From assembly GCA_002633005.1 (NCBI GenBank), contig NMRA01000080.1, forward strand, positions 525,291 to 589,290: 64,000 nt of DNA, in the 5' to 3' direction. This DNA is from Phoronis australis. Taxonomy: Eukaryota; Animalia; Phoronida. A model generated the notes under the pieces. The model did not search any database. It was given only the letters and a program-made list of their open reading frames with translations, and had not been told where the DNA came from. The translations under genes and the position numbers were made by a program. This document shows positions 12,969-25,032 of the stretch, one piece after another. How positions within the stretch are numbered: position 1 is the stretch's first letter; every line of letters starts with the position of its first letter.

Positions 12969-14204
12969 CGATTTGGAGTTTGCACTTGTTGACACCACTT
13001 TCCAAATCCTTAGACTCCCACGACGTCTGCACCAAACTGGAATTATTCGTAACAGCTCCAAGGACAACGACGGTCAAACCAGATATCACCGGAGGAGTAT
13101 AATCTACGATTAGTTTTGAAGAACTGAAGTAAAACTGCAACCCGGCATTATTTTCAGACATTACTGAACCATAAACTGGTGTTCCATGTGGTAAGTTAAT
13201 GCTGTAAACAAACTGTTGTTGGTGGCCAAGGTTTCGAAATCGGCCGACTTGAAAACCTCCTGGAGTAGTTCCTATGCCAGCATAGTGTTCCTTAATTCCA
13301 CTCTCGCCATCTCGTACCAGAAAGTAAAGTTGCAGTGAATGGGGGCCCAACTGACGAAGTTGCACAACCCCATTTATTACCGTGCGTTCTTCATTCTCAC
13401 AGGTCCTTAGTGCGACGTCGATTTCGTGCACAGCGCTGTCCACATTCAGAGTGTAGTAAGACGTTTTGTTTTCTTCTATAGTGAAAACATATCGTGCAGA
13501 TGCACCTCCATCAGCTAGATCATGAAAGGATAAGTCATAATGCAGTCCAACAGAGGAAATGAATGCCTTTGGCCAGTAACTTGACGAATACACATATAGT
13601 TCGTACAATTTATGCGGATCTGTTCGAATGTTGTATGTTATGCCGGACTCGTTTTTGGTATGCGACGACACAGCATTTAAAGGCATTTCAGACCATTTGG
13701 TGCATACTGTGCCTTCAGGGGGCGTCGTATCCACAAGAAAACTGTCTGACGACACAGACTTCGACACGTGCCCAGCGGCATCACGAGCTTGGACATAAAT
13801 GTTGTACGTTGTACCGTGTTGAAGATCTAGGGAACACAGCTTAACGGAGTTCTGGAGGCCGACAGAGCGTAAACGTATTAAGTTATCGTTTTGCCCCCCA
13901 CTTCCCACTGAAATCTGGTAATCGCTTATGTGGGAATGCAGATCGTCAAATCCATTCCAGGATGCACCTATGCAGTTGGGGTCAGGAGACGCAGGTTTGC
14001 TGTGAAAGACATTTGTGTTAAACACAATTCCAGTCTCCGGAGGACTATCGTCAATCAAAACTCCATCAGATGAGGACAGCTCGTACATACCCAGGTTGTT
14101 TATCGCTTTTACTGTTGTGAAATACGTTGTACCTTGGGTTAGCTTCATCCCATACCTCGTAAAAGAAGTATCCTTCGTAGTAAATCGAGGAATTGTTGTC
14201 TCTC
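12969..14204 (-). CDS. FN3-like repeat protein (DxTPP / GTxPGG repeat type), large internal exon
   Basis: Acceptor gtattttag, donor g/gtaata, phase 1-1; repeated motifs IDDSPP, VDTTPP, VDYTPP, SWNGFDDLHSHISDY, GIGTTPGG typical of large invertebrate FN3-like repeat proteins. Confidence 0.85.
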
Positions 14205-15167
14205 CTAAAATACATGCAGTGTGAATTTTCTATTAAGGGTGATTCAAAAGGCGTCCTATTTGGTATGTAAGCCACGGTTTATTGATATTTTACATTCTCT
14301 CATATTTTCAAGCGGTGGAAACAGCAGGCTTGAGAGATACTTTTGATGCCAATGTAAATCAGACAATACACAAAGCAGCAACAGCAGAAGGCGAAAATGT
14401 TTGAGGACTACGTTCCCTGAAAAACCAGTGCTTCTACACTAAGTCAACACAGGCGAGATTTTGGCAGGAACTGTAAATCTGACAGGATGGGATGCCAACG
14501 TTTAGGAGACTGGCTGTGCTGGAAATAAAAAATGGGCACAGCAGAATTCTTTCCTTTAAAGACTGTGTTCGTAAACAACTGTCGTTTTCAGTCCTGCAAT
14601 CGATATCCCGATGAAATGCTAGTGGTTCCGTTTGAGTAGTTCTGAATGAAAGAGGTCGACCATTGTGACCTTTTTGGCTTTTAGTTCTGAAACTTCGCCA
14701 AAAAAAATTCAATGGTCGATCTATCACGTAAACTGTGGCCATTTTATCAAAGGTCGTAAATCCGGTCTTAGCTAAGACAATTTTAATCGGTCTTAGCTAA
14801 GACAATTTTAATTTGCACTCAGTTCATTAAAAAGTTTGAATATGAAAAATTATCACATTAAAGTCAGTTGATACGTTTCTCTCTAACATAAAACGTTCGC
14901 AATAACGTGTATACGACCGTCTTTGCTACGATCGGGCATACGACCGTTGACAAAACGGAATCATTCTCCCCATTTTCTTCGTCAGAAATACAGTACTTAG
15001 ATCTTAATTATTTTTATCTGAGGTTTGGTGGCCAAACCAAGTTGCTCCACGTTGTTGTAAAAAGAAATTTCCAATCCAATTGCCTGTCCCACCTGAATAC
15101 GGAAAGACTCCCTTTGGACCACTTTTACAAACTTCACGCGTTCAATTTATAGGCAAGTTCTAATAAA

Positions 15168-15767
15168 TCTTCAAAATATTTCGAACAGTGTGATTCAGTT
15201 TGTTATAAATGATCAACTATTTTTGGATGTACTGTTAATGGAAATAAAAAGCAATATGCCGTCCCGGTATACCATTTAGACAAACTTCAAAATATTTCGA
15301 ACAGTGTGATTCAGTTTGTTAAAAATGATCAACTATTTTTGGATGTGCTGTTAATGGAAATAAGAAAAAATACTATTTTTTACTCGATTCAAAAAAAGAA
15401 AAAAATTAGATAGTCAAGAGAATAAGTTAGAGAAGGAAATAGAGAATTTAGAACAATGTGTTGATGATAGAACTTTTGAAGATTTGGAAAGGAAAAAGAG
15501 TGCTCTTCTAGAGATAAGGTCAGAGAAATTGAAAGGGTATTACGTCAGATCCATTGCAAAATGGATAGAGGAAGGGGAACGCCCAACAAAATATTTTTGT
15601 AGCTTAGAATCGAGACATTTTTATAACAAACTTATGTATGAAATAGAATTGGAAAAAGGAGAAATGATTACAAATCAAGAAAAGATACTAAACGTGGCCG
15701 CGAATTTTTACGAAAAACTTTATTCTGACAACAGTTCTATTGAAAAAAGTAAAATAGAGAATCTTAT
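15168..15767 (+). mobile_element. Partial second copy of the L1/Tx1-like element, ending at an N
   Basis: 15247-15767 is nearly identical to ~16490-17005; 15168-15247 repeats an internal piece again; terminates at N (15768). Confidence 0.85.
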
Positions 15768-15929
15768 NCTGCTGCTGCCTGTCTTTTATTGTCACCAAAT
15801 TGGAACGCAGAATGTGTAAGAGATATCTATAACTAAGAACATTCTATTTGCGTTTGCATTTGTTACTCAAGTTTCCTAGTTCATAGAAAGCGGAAGTACT
15901 GAGTGTTCACTAGGGCGGCCATATTGCCA

Positions 15930-16215
15930 AAAGAAATTAAAAAGACAAATTCTATAAAGTTAATGACTTATTGAAAGAGTTTCATCTAGGAATAAGTTTT
16001 GACCACAATTGTTTCACTTTTACGACTAAAAACACATTTTTAAGATTATAGTTGGTTAGGATATACTTCTTAAAATTAATAGATTTGACCAGAAGTATAA
16101 TTAAAAAAATCTGTTTTTTATGTAAAATCAATACAAATCGCCAATTCTCGCCGTTGTCTGTCAAACATTCTTTGACATCAAAACTGGTTTCTTCACCATT
16201 TAAGGTAACCAGGAC
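15930..16215. repeat. Dispersed repeat family C
   Basis: Core caaat.gccaattctcgccg.tgtctg..a.acattc..tga.atcaa shared with ~52372, ~54910 and ~55382. Confidence 0.6.
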
Positions 16216-16220
16216 CCTAG

Positions 16221-19200
16221 AAAAGTGTCCATACTTCGGAAGATTCACTTGGCGAAGAAAAAATCCAATTAAGCAGGCTAGGCTTGACTTTTTTTGGTTT
16301 CCAAAACTTTGATGCATTCTGTCGAAAGAATTTCTATAGCTCCAAGTTATAGATCAGATCATTCTGGGGTCTTGTTAAGCCTAAAATTTAGAGAAATTAT
16401 TAGAGGTAAAGGACTCTGGAAATTTAACAATTCACTTTTGAATGACAGGGAATATGTAGACATCGTTCAAGATACAATAACTGATGTTAAAAAGCAATAT
16501 GCCGTCCCGGTATACCATTTAGACAAACTTCAAAATATTTCGAACAGTGTGATTCAGTTTGTTATAAATGATCAACTATTTTTGGATGTGCTGTTAATGG
16601 AAATAAGAAAAAATACTATTTTTTACTCGATTCAAAAAAAAGAAAAAATTACATAGTCAAGACAATAAGTTAGAGAAGGAAATAGAGAATTTAGACCAAT
16701 GTGTTGATGATAGAAATTTTGAAGATTTGGAAAGGAAAAAGAGTGCTTTTCTAGAGATAAGGTCAGAGAAATTGAAAGGGTATTACGTCAGATCCAGGGC
16801 AAAATGGATAGAGGAGGGGGAACGCCCAACAAAATATTTTTGTAGCTTAGAATCGAGACATTTTTATAACAAACTTATGTATGAAATAGAATTGGAAAAT
16901 GGAGAAATAATTACAAATCAAGAAGAGATACTAGACGTGGCCGCGAATTTTTACGAAAAACTTTATTCTGCCAAGTTCTATTGAAAAAAGTAAAATAGAG
17001 AATATTATTGTTTCAAATAAGCTTCCAGATAATTTAGCTAAGGAGCTTGAGGGACACATAACATATGATGAACTCTGGACTGTATTGAAAAATTCCAAAA
17101 ATGAAAAAAGCCCCGGGTCAGATGGTTTCACAAATGAATTCTTCAAGTTTTTCTGGAAAGATTTAGACTATTTTGTTTTAAGACACATAAATGAAAGCTA
17201 TGAAAAAAGTGAATTGTCAATCACGCAAAAAACTGGGGTTCTAACTTTAATTCCAAAGCCAGATAAGGCTAAAAAATTCATAAAAAACTGGAGACCAATA
17301 ACTTTGCTCAACAGTGTTTACAAGTTGGCATCCGGATGCATTGCTAGACGAATAAAAAAGGCACTTGGATATATAATTTCCCCGGAACAGACAAGATTTA
17401 TGAAAGGGAGATGTATGGGTGAAAACATAAGATTGACCTATGATATTATGAGTTTCTGTGAACAAATGGTATACCAGGGCTGTTATTACAAATAGATTTT
17501 GAAAAAGCTTTTGATAGCTTGTCATGGAACTTCATAAATAATGTTTTGGATATTTATAATTTCAAGGCCTCACTTAAGCGTTGTGTGCTGAAATATTAGC
17601 TATGATGAAACATGATAGGGAAATTAAAGGCATTCAAATAGGAAATGAGGAATTTATACTTACTCAGTATGCTGATGACACAACGTTTTTCTTAGATGGT
17701 TCAAGGCGTAGTTTGGAAGCTATTATGGAAGTTTTGAGTAGATATGCAGATATGTCTGGTTTGAGAGTAAGTTTTTCCAAAACTAATGTTATTTGGTTGG
17801 GCAGTAAAAAATTTTGCAAGGATGTTTTCCATCACGCAAGATTGAAGTTGGAATGGGGCATGACGGAATTTAAGATGCTAGGTATCAAGTTTAGTGTTAA
17901 CCTAGAAAAAATGATTGACATCAACTACAATGAGAGGATTGATGAAATCAATAATCTTATCAAAATTTGGTCTAGAAGAAAAATCTTTTTTGGGAAAGTT
18001 ACGGTGGTGAAGACCTTGATGGTGCCAAAAATTATTCACATTGTGACAACCATGCCTACTCCATCATACATTATTATGAATGAATTGAATGCAAGCATTT
18101 TTAAGTTTATTTGGAATAACAAAGTTGAGAGAGTGAAGAGAGATGTGTTAATCAAAACTTATGAGGAAGGGGGAGTTAAAATGTTAAATATTATTCTTTT
18201 TAACAAGGCTATAAAAATTTCATGGATAAAGAGATTACTTAATTCTGAATCAAAATGGGTGAAATTGTTTGAACTTGAAACAGGGATTGCAAAGTCAAAT
18301 ATTATAAATTTTGGAAATGTTTTTATTAAATACCATACTGATGTAATCAATCCTTTTTGGAACGAAGTTCTAAGTAACTGGTCTTTTTTCATTAGTAAAC
18401 AGCCCCATAAAGATGCGAACGATTTACTCTCAACAAGTTTATGGCATAACGATGAAATACTAATAGACAGAAAATCTATCTTCTTTAGCAAGTATGCTAG
18501 TGGTGGTGTTCTTTTTATTAATGACCTACTTGATGAAAATAATAGATTTTACTCATTTACTGAATTCAAAAAGATCTCGAACATATCTACAAACTTTTTG
18601 GAATATTGTTCTCTGATTGAGTCTGTTAGGTCGTTTCTGAGGAGAACACCATTACAAATGCAGTTAATTAAGATATATGGACCAATAATACCTTTTAATA
18701 TCCGTAATTTTTTAAACTGCACATCAATATGTAAAATGATATATGAAAGTGTCTGCCACAACAACATTTTGCCTATTGCCCAAAAAAAATTTCAAAAGGA
18801 AGGTTATAACTTTCGAAGTGATGACTGGAAAAAATTATATTCAATGTCTTTTAAAACTACTTATGATTTCAAGTTATGTACACTGCAGTTTAAACTATTA
18901 CATAGAATACTTGTAACCAACTCTTTTCTTAGAAAAATTAACCTGGTGGACTCTGATGTATGTACTTTCTGTCATTCACAAAGTGAAACAGTGGATCACA
19001 TCTTTTTCGAATGCAATAATATAAAAACATTGATAGGAGAATTACGCATTTGGGTGTTGTTGGTAAAAGGTATAAATATGGTTCTTTACAAAAAAACAAT
19101 GTTTTTGGGATGCCCATAAGTAATAAAAATAAAGTTTTAAATTGGATACTTTTGCAATTAAAACATTTTATTTACCTATCCAGGTGTAAAAAAATAATCC

Positions 19201-19450
19201 CCAGTTTCTGTCAGTTCCTTAAGATATTAGAAAGAGAATTTTATATTCAAAGAAGGATTTTATTAAATAATGGTAATTTAGATGAATACCATGCAACCTG
19301 GAGAAACTGGTTAACCATAACTTTTTCCTGACAACATCCTACTAAAAGTAAGTTGGGGGGGCGGGTGCGTGTGGCGTGTATGTTAAGGGTGAGAATGGCT
19401 TGATTTTTTTCTTACATGTCTGTATTGCTGTTCTGTATACCAATAAACAC
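16221..19450 (+). mobile_element. L1/Tx1-like LINE, 5'-truncated ORF2 pseudogene (endonuclease end, RT, CCHC zinc finger)
   Basis: FTWRRKNPIKQARLDFF and YRSDHS (APE endonuclease end); RSRAKWIEEGERPTKYF; KSPGSDG; NWRPITLLN; DFEKAFD; QYADDTT; CTFCHSQSETVDHIFFEC; AATAAA at ~19442. Frameshifts and a deletion at ~17580 removing the RQGxPLSP motif. Confidence 0.95.
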
Positions 19451-19856
19451 GCTGGGGGTACCGTTTTTGTTTTGCTGCAGACGTTTTTGTTTTGTTTTGT
19501 TTTGTTTTTCAAATTTTGGTTCCTGGCCCGAGGGGGGGTTTAAAACCCCTGAACCCCTCGTAGATCCGCCACTGGAAAATGTGATGAAATTAAATTTCTC
19601 TCCTACGCCAGGTTGTGTCTTAAACAGAAAAATTTTACAATAGTCATACAGCTCTGAAAGCACAACACTTATGAAAACAATAATTTCTTTAATATTTTTC
19701 TGAATCTCCATGTTTGGTAAAACACATAAAAGTTCCATGATGGGCACTACTATAAATAAAACTATGCTCCTCTATTTTGTAAATTCTTCGAAATTAATAA
19801 ATAAAGTACAAAGGCAAAAATGTAACTTCAACCAATGGGTGTCTTTAGTGCATCAC

Positions 19857-20000
19857 TTAGTACCCTTCGTAACCCTCTTCCTCCCCTCCGTATCCCTCAT
19901 AACCGCCTTCACTAGGTCCGGGTGACTCCGTCAATGGTTGTTCCTCAGGTTTCTTGGTGACAGATGGTCTAGTGCCTATAGATTTACGCTTGGAATCTCT
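19857..20000 (-). CDS. EGF-repeat membrane protein, terminal cytoplasmic exon
   Basis: Acceptor gattttcag, phase 0; RDSKRKSIGTRPSVTKKPEEQPLTESPGPSEGGYEGYGGEEEGYEGY-stop. Confidence 0.7.
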   Translation of the reverse strand, partial: RDSKRKSIGTRPSVTKKPEEQPLTESPGPSEGGYEGYGGEEEGYEGY

Positions 20001-20572
20001 CTGAAAATCAGTCCAAGCTCATATTACCTTCATATACTTCTACTCCATCCTGCTGCATAGCCAATTTATAGGGAGGAGTATCCCAAATGCGCCACCAGGA
20101 AGGACAAAGCCCTATCTTAATGTTAAAGGCAATTTATTAAAAAAGCAACAACACCCAAAAATGTCACAGAAGTGGTCATATAAGTTTTCCGTTACACATG
20201 GCCCTTGACCTATTTAGCAAAACAAACCTTGAAATGAACCATTTACACATAGTTAAGTTACACAATAAACAAATTTCTTTTGAAAACGGACTTTCTATAG
20301 AACAGGTAAAACATTCTTGCAATGCTTTTTTTTATTAAAAATACATCCAGGTCGATGGTGTATAAATAAATACATTTCTCTAATAGCATCTATTATAGTA
20401 TTGGCACAAGAGCAATGTGAAAGCAAAACCATGGTATTCCTAAGCAACACTAGAGGGCACGACTCAGTGAAGTAGACTTACGAGGTAGAGTTCTGTTCAT
20501 GGAACTGAAAAAAACTGTCATAACATGCCAATGACCAGAGCACTAATTTACTAAGTACTCCACTAATCTTAC

Positions 20573-20615
20573 CCGTGCTTCCAACAGTTTCTTGGCCATC
20601 TCTGCCTCTTGCCTC
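20573..20615 (-). CDS. EGF-repeat membrane protein, juxtamembrane exon
   Basis: Acceptor tctgcag, donor cgg/gtaaga; phase 2-0; (K)RQEAEMAKKLLEAR. Confidence 0.75.
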
Positions 20616-21196
20616 CTGCAGATTCATACAAACACACTAATGAAACAGCTGTGTTCACAACTTATTCAGAGACAAATCTGTGCTATTAAAAAGGGTAACA
20701 GCTACCCCTTTTAGTTGTATATTTTACAACATGAAAGCACCATATTCATGCACAGTGTACACAGCCTTTTACAGTTCTATTTATTCATTCTAGTTGTACT
20801 GGTGCAATTTTTTAATTCATTATTTATTATCAATACTATTCAAATTTGTGTACTCATACAGATTACTGTTTTCTATTTATAGTTATTGATGGTTATTTCT
20901 TTGAAAGCTACTGCATGCTACTGCTCTACACAAAAATGTTGCCGACTGCTTTTTCTTGACCAGCCCTGAAGTGGAAATGTAATTTTTATATATATTTCTC
21001 TCAACAGACGTGGAATTCCTAAAATGTTTCAAAATTTGAACTGCTTCTGTTAAATTCCTAGAGCATAAGTTTCGGTGTACCAGTGATTAGAGAAAAACAA
21101 CGGATTTAATTGCAATAAAAATTTAACAACAACACACTATTACGCTGTACCAATTTATAAAAGGATTACTGCAGAGAAAGAACAACTGTAACCTAC

Positions 21197-21356
21197 TTCC
21201 AGAAGAACACTCCTCCGGCAATAAGTATGAAGAAGAGTGCAGCCGCCCCGCAGCTGAGACCCACGATGAGTGCTGTATTGTCCTTGTTCTCGGACACACG
21301 GTGTATAACCACCTCATCACGATACACCCCTTCCACATCCATCCCACGCGTGCGCA
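21197..21356 (-). CDS. EGF-repeat membrane protein, transmembrane exon
   Basis: Acceptor ttctctctacag, donor aa/gtaggt; phase 1-2; VRTRGMDVEGVYRDEVVIHRVSENKDNT-ALIVGLSCGAAALFFILIAGGVFFW-K (hydrophobic helix followed by basic residues). Confidence 0.85.
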
Positions 21357-22459
21357 CTGTAGAGAGAATGCGCGTTAAAGTGAAGCTGGATGAATATTCT
21401 CTATCATAAGCAACCTCAGTAGCAGCTTAACTGTTTGAGATAGTCATAAAGATAAACCTTTACACTTATTTTCAGATACAAATTTTATAAAAGCAACTTG
21501 GGTACTTTAAACTGCTAACAAAATGATTTTTTGACATGTTATCAAATGTTTTCTAAGTAATTAATTAGAATTAAATACGATATTTTTTAGAGATCTTAAT
21601 GCTCCTATAGTGAGGTATCTCGGCTATTGGAGATCTTTCTTTGTACTAAACTGGCCAAAATTAGTGTGAGCAGCAAGTTGCATCAGTATCAAGCTCAAGC
21701 CAGGCATAAGTTCTGATGACATGAAAACCCTGAAAAATCCAGCAAGACTGCGAGATATCAGCATGTATTACTACACCCAAAGAACGTAATCTAGTTTGAA
21801 ACTGGATTCCTTTGTGGAAAGATTCTTGAACCCAAGATAAATCCATGCCCATATAATTATGTTAATCCAAAATCATGATACAATGCCATGCTCAATTTAA
21901 GACTGATGAGGCTGAACCTTTCCCATTGACCAAAACATCTCCAGAAAAGACCAAAAGTCCTGCAAGCATCAACACATGGACATTGAACCAACAAAATAAA
22001 GATTGATTTTTTTTGAAGGCTATACAGCTGACCAAAGTAATCCGCTCTATGAACACAAAATGTATTACTTAAAGGTATATTGAGGGCTGTTTAGGCAATT
22101 GGACTAGTACCTTTGCACATGGAGGCTAACAAAATGGCGAAAGTTGACTGGTTTGAATTAATTTTGAGTGGATCATAATAGTATCCAATTAATTAAAGGC
22201 ATTGTGTTTTCCATGGTCACACTGTGGCCGGAATGAAGCTCATGGGTATTATCTTTGGTTTAATAAACCGGCTGCTTCATCCCAATCTTGTCTCAACTTG
22301 AAGTTGGCTATTTAAACCAATATAGGTGGATTTGGAGGGTCAATCAGGGGTTCCAGACACGGCCAAAAATGCCGCCAGTATGCCATTTTCTTTAGAAATA
22401 GTGCTTTAGCATATCTTACATATCCCCCCACCTTATGAAAACGCTTCAGGAAATTCTAA

Positions 22460-23100
22460 TCCCGAAAGCCAGTGAGAATCTCACTGGATTCCAGTTAGAT
22501 TCCAGTGAGAATCTAACTAATTAAGATGCCATTTAAATTAGTGAGAAAAAAACTCTCACTCTAGTGAGAATACAGTGATATTCCAGTTAGAATTCAGTGA
22601 GAATCTAACTAATTTGCATACCATTCCCACTCAGTGAGAATTTGTCTTACTGAAATTCTCACTCAATAGGAATGCTATGCAAATTAGTGAGAACTTGTGT
22701 TAATGAAATTCTCACTGAGTGAAAATCTCACTGGGTGAGAATTTTGAACTTAGAAAAATTTTGTGTGTGCCTTTTCAGCCACTGACTGAATTGATCCTAT
22801 ACGAAAAAGAAAGTGAGAATCTCACTGGATTCCAGTTAGATTCCAGTTAGATTCTCACTAAATCACTAATTTTAGTTAGAAATGCCAGTGAGAACCCAGT
22901 GGGAATTGAACAACAAGGGCAGTCAGTGAGAAAATAGCGAGAAAATGTCATGTAACAGTGAGAACCCAGTGAGAATTTTGGTCTTAGAAAAATTATGAGT
23001 GAGAATCAGTGAGAATTTCAGACTTAGAAAAAATCTGAGTGAGAATTGAGTGAGAATTTGGAATTGCCAAAATTGGAGTGAGAATTCAGTGAGAATCTAA
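22460..23100. repeat. AGTGAGAA/TTCTCACT motif array (two related subunits)
   Basis: About two dozen GTGRGAA cores by hand count, both orientations; direct repeat agtgagaatctcactggattccagttagattccagt at ~22471 and ~22812. Confidence 0.85.
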
Positions 23101-23633
23101 GATAAACGAACACCCTGATTGACTGTAACTGTAGAAATTTCACTCAGTTGAACCACATTTCTGAATTCACACTAAAATGGAGCCAGGAATGAGCAGTTGG
23201 AGAAATAGCTTGAAGATTGTTGATGTTTTTCTCTCAAATATTCAGAAATTACTGAACAGTTTGTCTGCAAGTTAACCAGAGGGTACCCCGGACTGATTTT
23301 GTGTGTTAATAAGCTTAAGGTTAGTACATTTCATACATCTATAGTAGAGCGCATGAAGCCCAAGTATTATAGACTGGTGTCTTCATTTTGTGTTGACAGC
23401 TGAGTTATCAGTATTTTGCTGATTCACCAAAGGCAATATATAGTTGTTGGTTTATGTCTGCTATATTTCACAATTAGCAATTAAATTGTATCTTCAGTCA
23501 AGTTTCAAGATAAACTCTCAAAAATAAGCAGTGTTTTGGTTACCAAAAAGGTTTGATCTCTCATGCAGTAAAAGGTCAGCGTAATAAGAATGCTTTTTAC
23601 TATACTGGTAAAGCCAACAGCTTGTCCACTTAC

Positions 23634-23778
23634 CCACACACACATATCCTTTGTCACTGACTACCTCACACGCCTTGGTCTTGGGGCATGGATTCTCAAC
23701 GCATGAGGTCTTCTTAACATCACACAATACTCCTGTGAACTCCTCAGTACAGCCACATGTGAATCCTTTGGCTGAATC
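23634..23778 (-). CDS. EGF-repeat membrane protein exon (end of EGF8 plus 4-Cys truncated EGF9)
   Basis: Acceptor atatttcag, donor g/gtaagt; phase 0-1; DSAKGFTCGCTEEFTGVLCDVKKTSCVENPCPKTKACEVVSDKGYVCV. Confidence 0.9.
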
Positions 23779-23929
23779 CTGAAATATGTATGCGTCACGT
23801 TTTGACTAGTGAAGAATAACAATTCACGCGTGGACATGAACAACACAAACAGTCATCGAGAGTTAATCTATCTAAATATGTTTAACCTCAGTGAGATGGT
23901 GGCAGTTATGTAGAAAGACGCTATGGCAA

Positions 23930-24665
23930 AGTGTTTTGGTGATGATGACTGGCAGATATGATGCCTTATAGTGACGAGTGCTGGTAGGAAAAGTGGAGGT
24001 GGTTGTGATGCAAATGTTGGTACAAATGATGGTGGCACTGGTGGTGGTGATGATGGTGACAGTGGTGGTGGTGATGGTGAGACCAGTGCATGGTGCTGGT
24101 AAAAGTGATGGTCAAGATGGTGGTGGTGGAGATTGTGGTGGTGGAGATGGTGGTTGTGGATACGGTGGTGGTGGAGATGGTGTTGATGATGATGGTGGTG
24201 ATGATGGTGNNNNNNNNNNNNNNNNNNNNNNNNNNNNNNNNNNNNNNNNNNNNNNNNNNNNNNNNNNNNNNNNNNNNNNNNNNNNNNNNNNNNNNNNNNN
24301 NNNNNNGATGATGGTGGTGGTGATGGTGGTGGTGATGAATATAGTGGCACAAATGATGATACCAGATTATGGTGGCAATGGTGGTGGTAATGATGGTGAA
24401 AATGGCAGCGGTCATGGTGGAGGTAATAACAATGGTCATGGTGGTTGAAATGGTGGCGATGGTGGGTGGTGGTGGATGTGCTGCTGCCAATGATTATGGT
24501 GCCAAGTGAGGTGGTAGCAATGATGGTTATTGTTGTGATGGTGATGATGGTGACAATGGTGGTGGTGAAACTGATGACGGTGGTGGTTGTAGATGGTGCT
24601 GGTGACGACAGAGGTGTTAGTGTTTGTCGTTGAGATGGTGATCGACTGATTGATGAAAATGACCA
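23930..24665. repeat. Degenerate (GGT/GAT)n trinucleotide microsatellite with assembly gap (N 24210-24306)
   Basis: Directly visible; intronic. Confidence 0.95.
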
Positions 24666-24829
24666 TGACATTTATATAAAATTCAACGGTAGGATGAACA
24701 ATCCCAGGTTAATATCACCCGTACAGAAATCTTTAGGTTACAGACTTACAACAGTGATAGTGTTTTCTAGACAACATATACAATAGAGAACAATTGTTTC
24801 ACAGAACAAACATAAGAAATACAAAGTAC

Positions 24830-25032
24830 TTGACAAACTCCACCATTTTTACACGGATTGTAGTCAACGCACGTCGTCTGAATTTCACATGTTGACCCTG
24901 TGAATCCCGAGGAACAGTCACAAGAGTAGCGCAGTCCTTTAGTCACTTTATCGTGGGTAATCTCGCGACACACACCATGGTTCTTACATGGGTTCTCCGA
25001 GCAAGGGTCCACCTTAATCTCACAGTGGCGCC
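24830..25032 (-). CDS. EGF-repeat membrane protein, alternative exon B (EGF7 + first half EGF8)
   Basis: Acceptor ttgctctgcag, donor caa/gtactt; phase 1-0; GRHCEIKVDPCSENPCKNHGVC...CDCSSGFTGSTCEIQTTCVDYNPCKNGGVCQ. Confidence 0.88.

Noticed and set aside
22460-23100. CRISPR-like repeat-spacer array
   Set aside because: Repeats are only 7-10 bp, in mixed orientation with irregular spacing; eukaryotic intron, no cas genes.
14204-23634. Chimeric EGF-FN3 secreted isoform (phase-1 donor 23633 to phase-1 acceptor 14205)
   Set aside because: Phase-compatible, but the FN3 exon starts in the middle of a repeat and needs its own upstream exon.
23868-24671. His-, Thr-, Gly- and Val/Met-rich ORFs
   Set aside because: Stop-free translations of an intronic GGT/GAT microsatellite spanning a gap.
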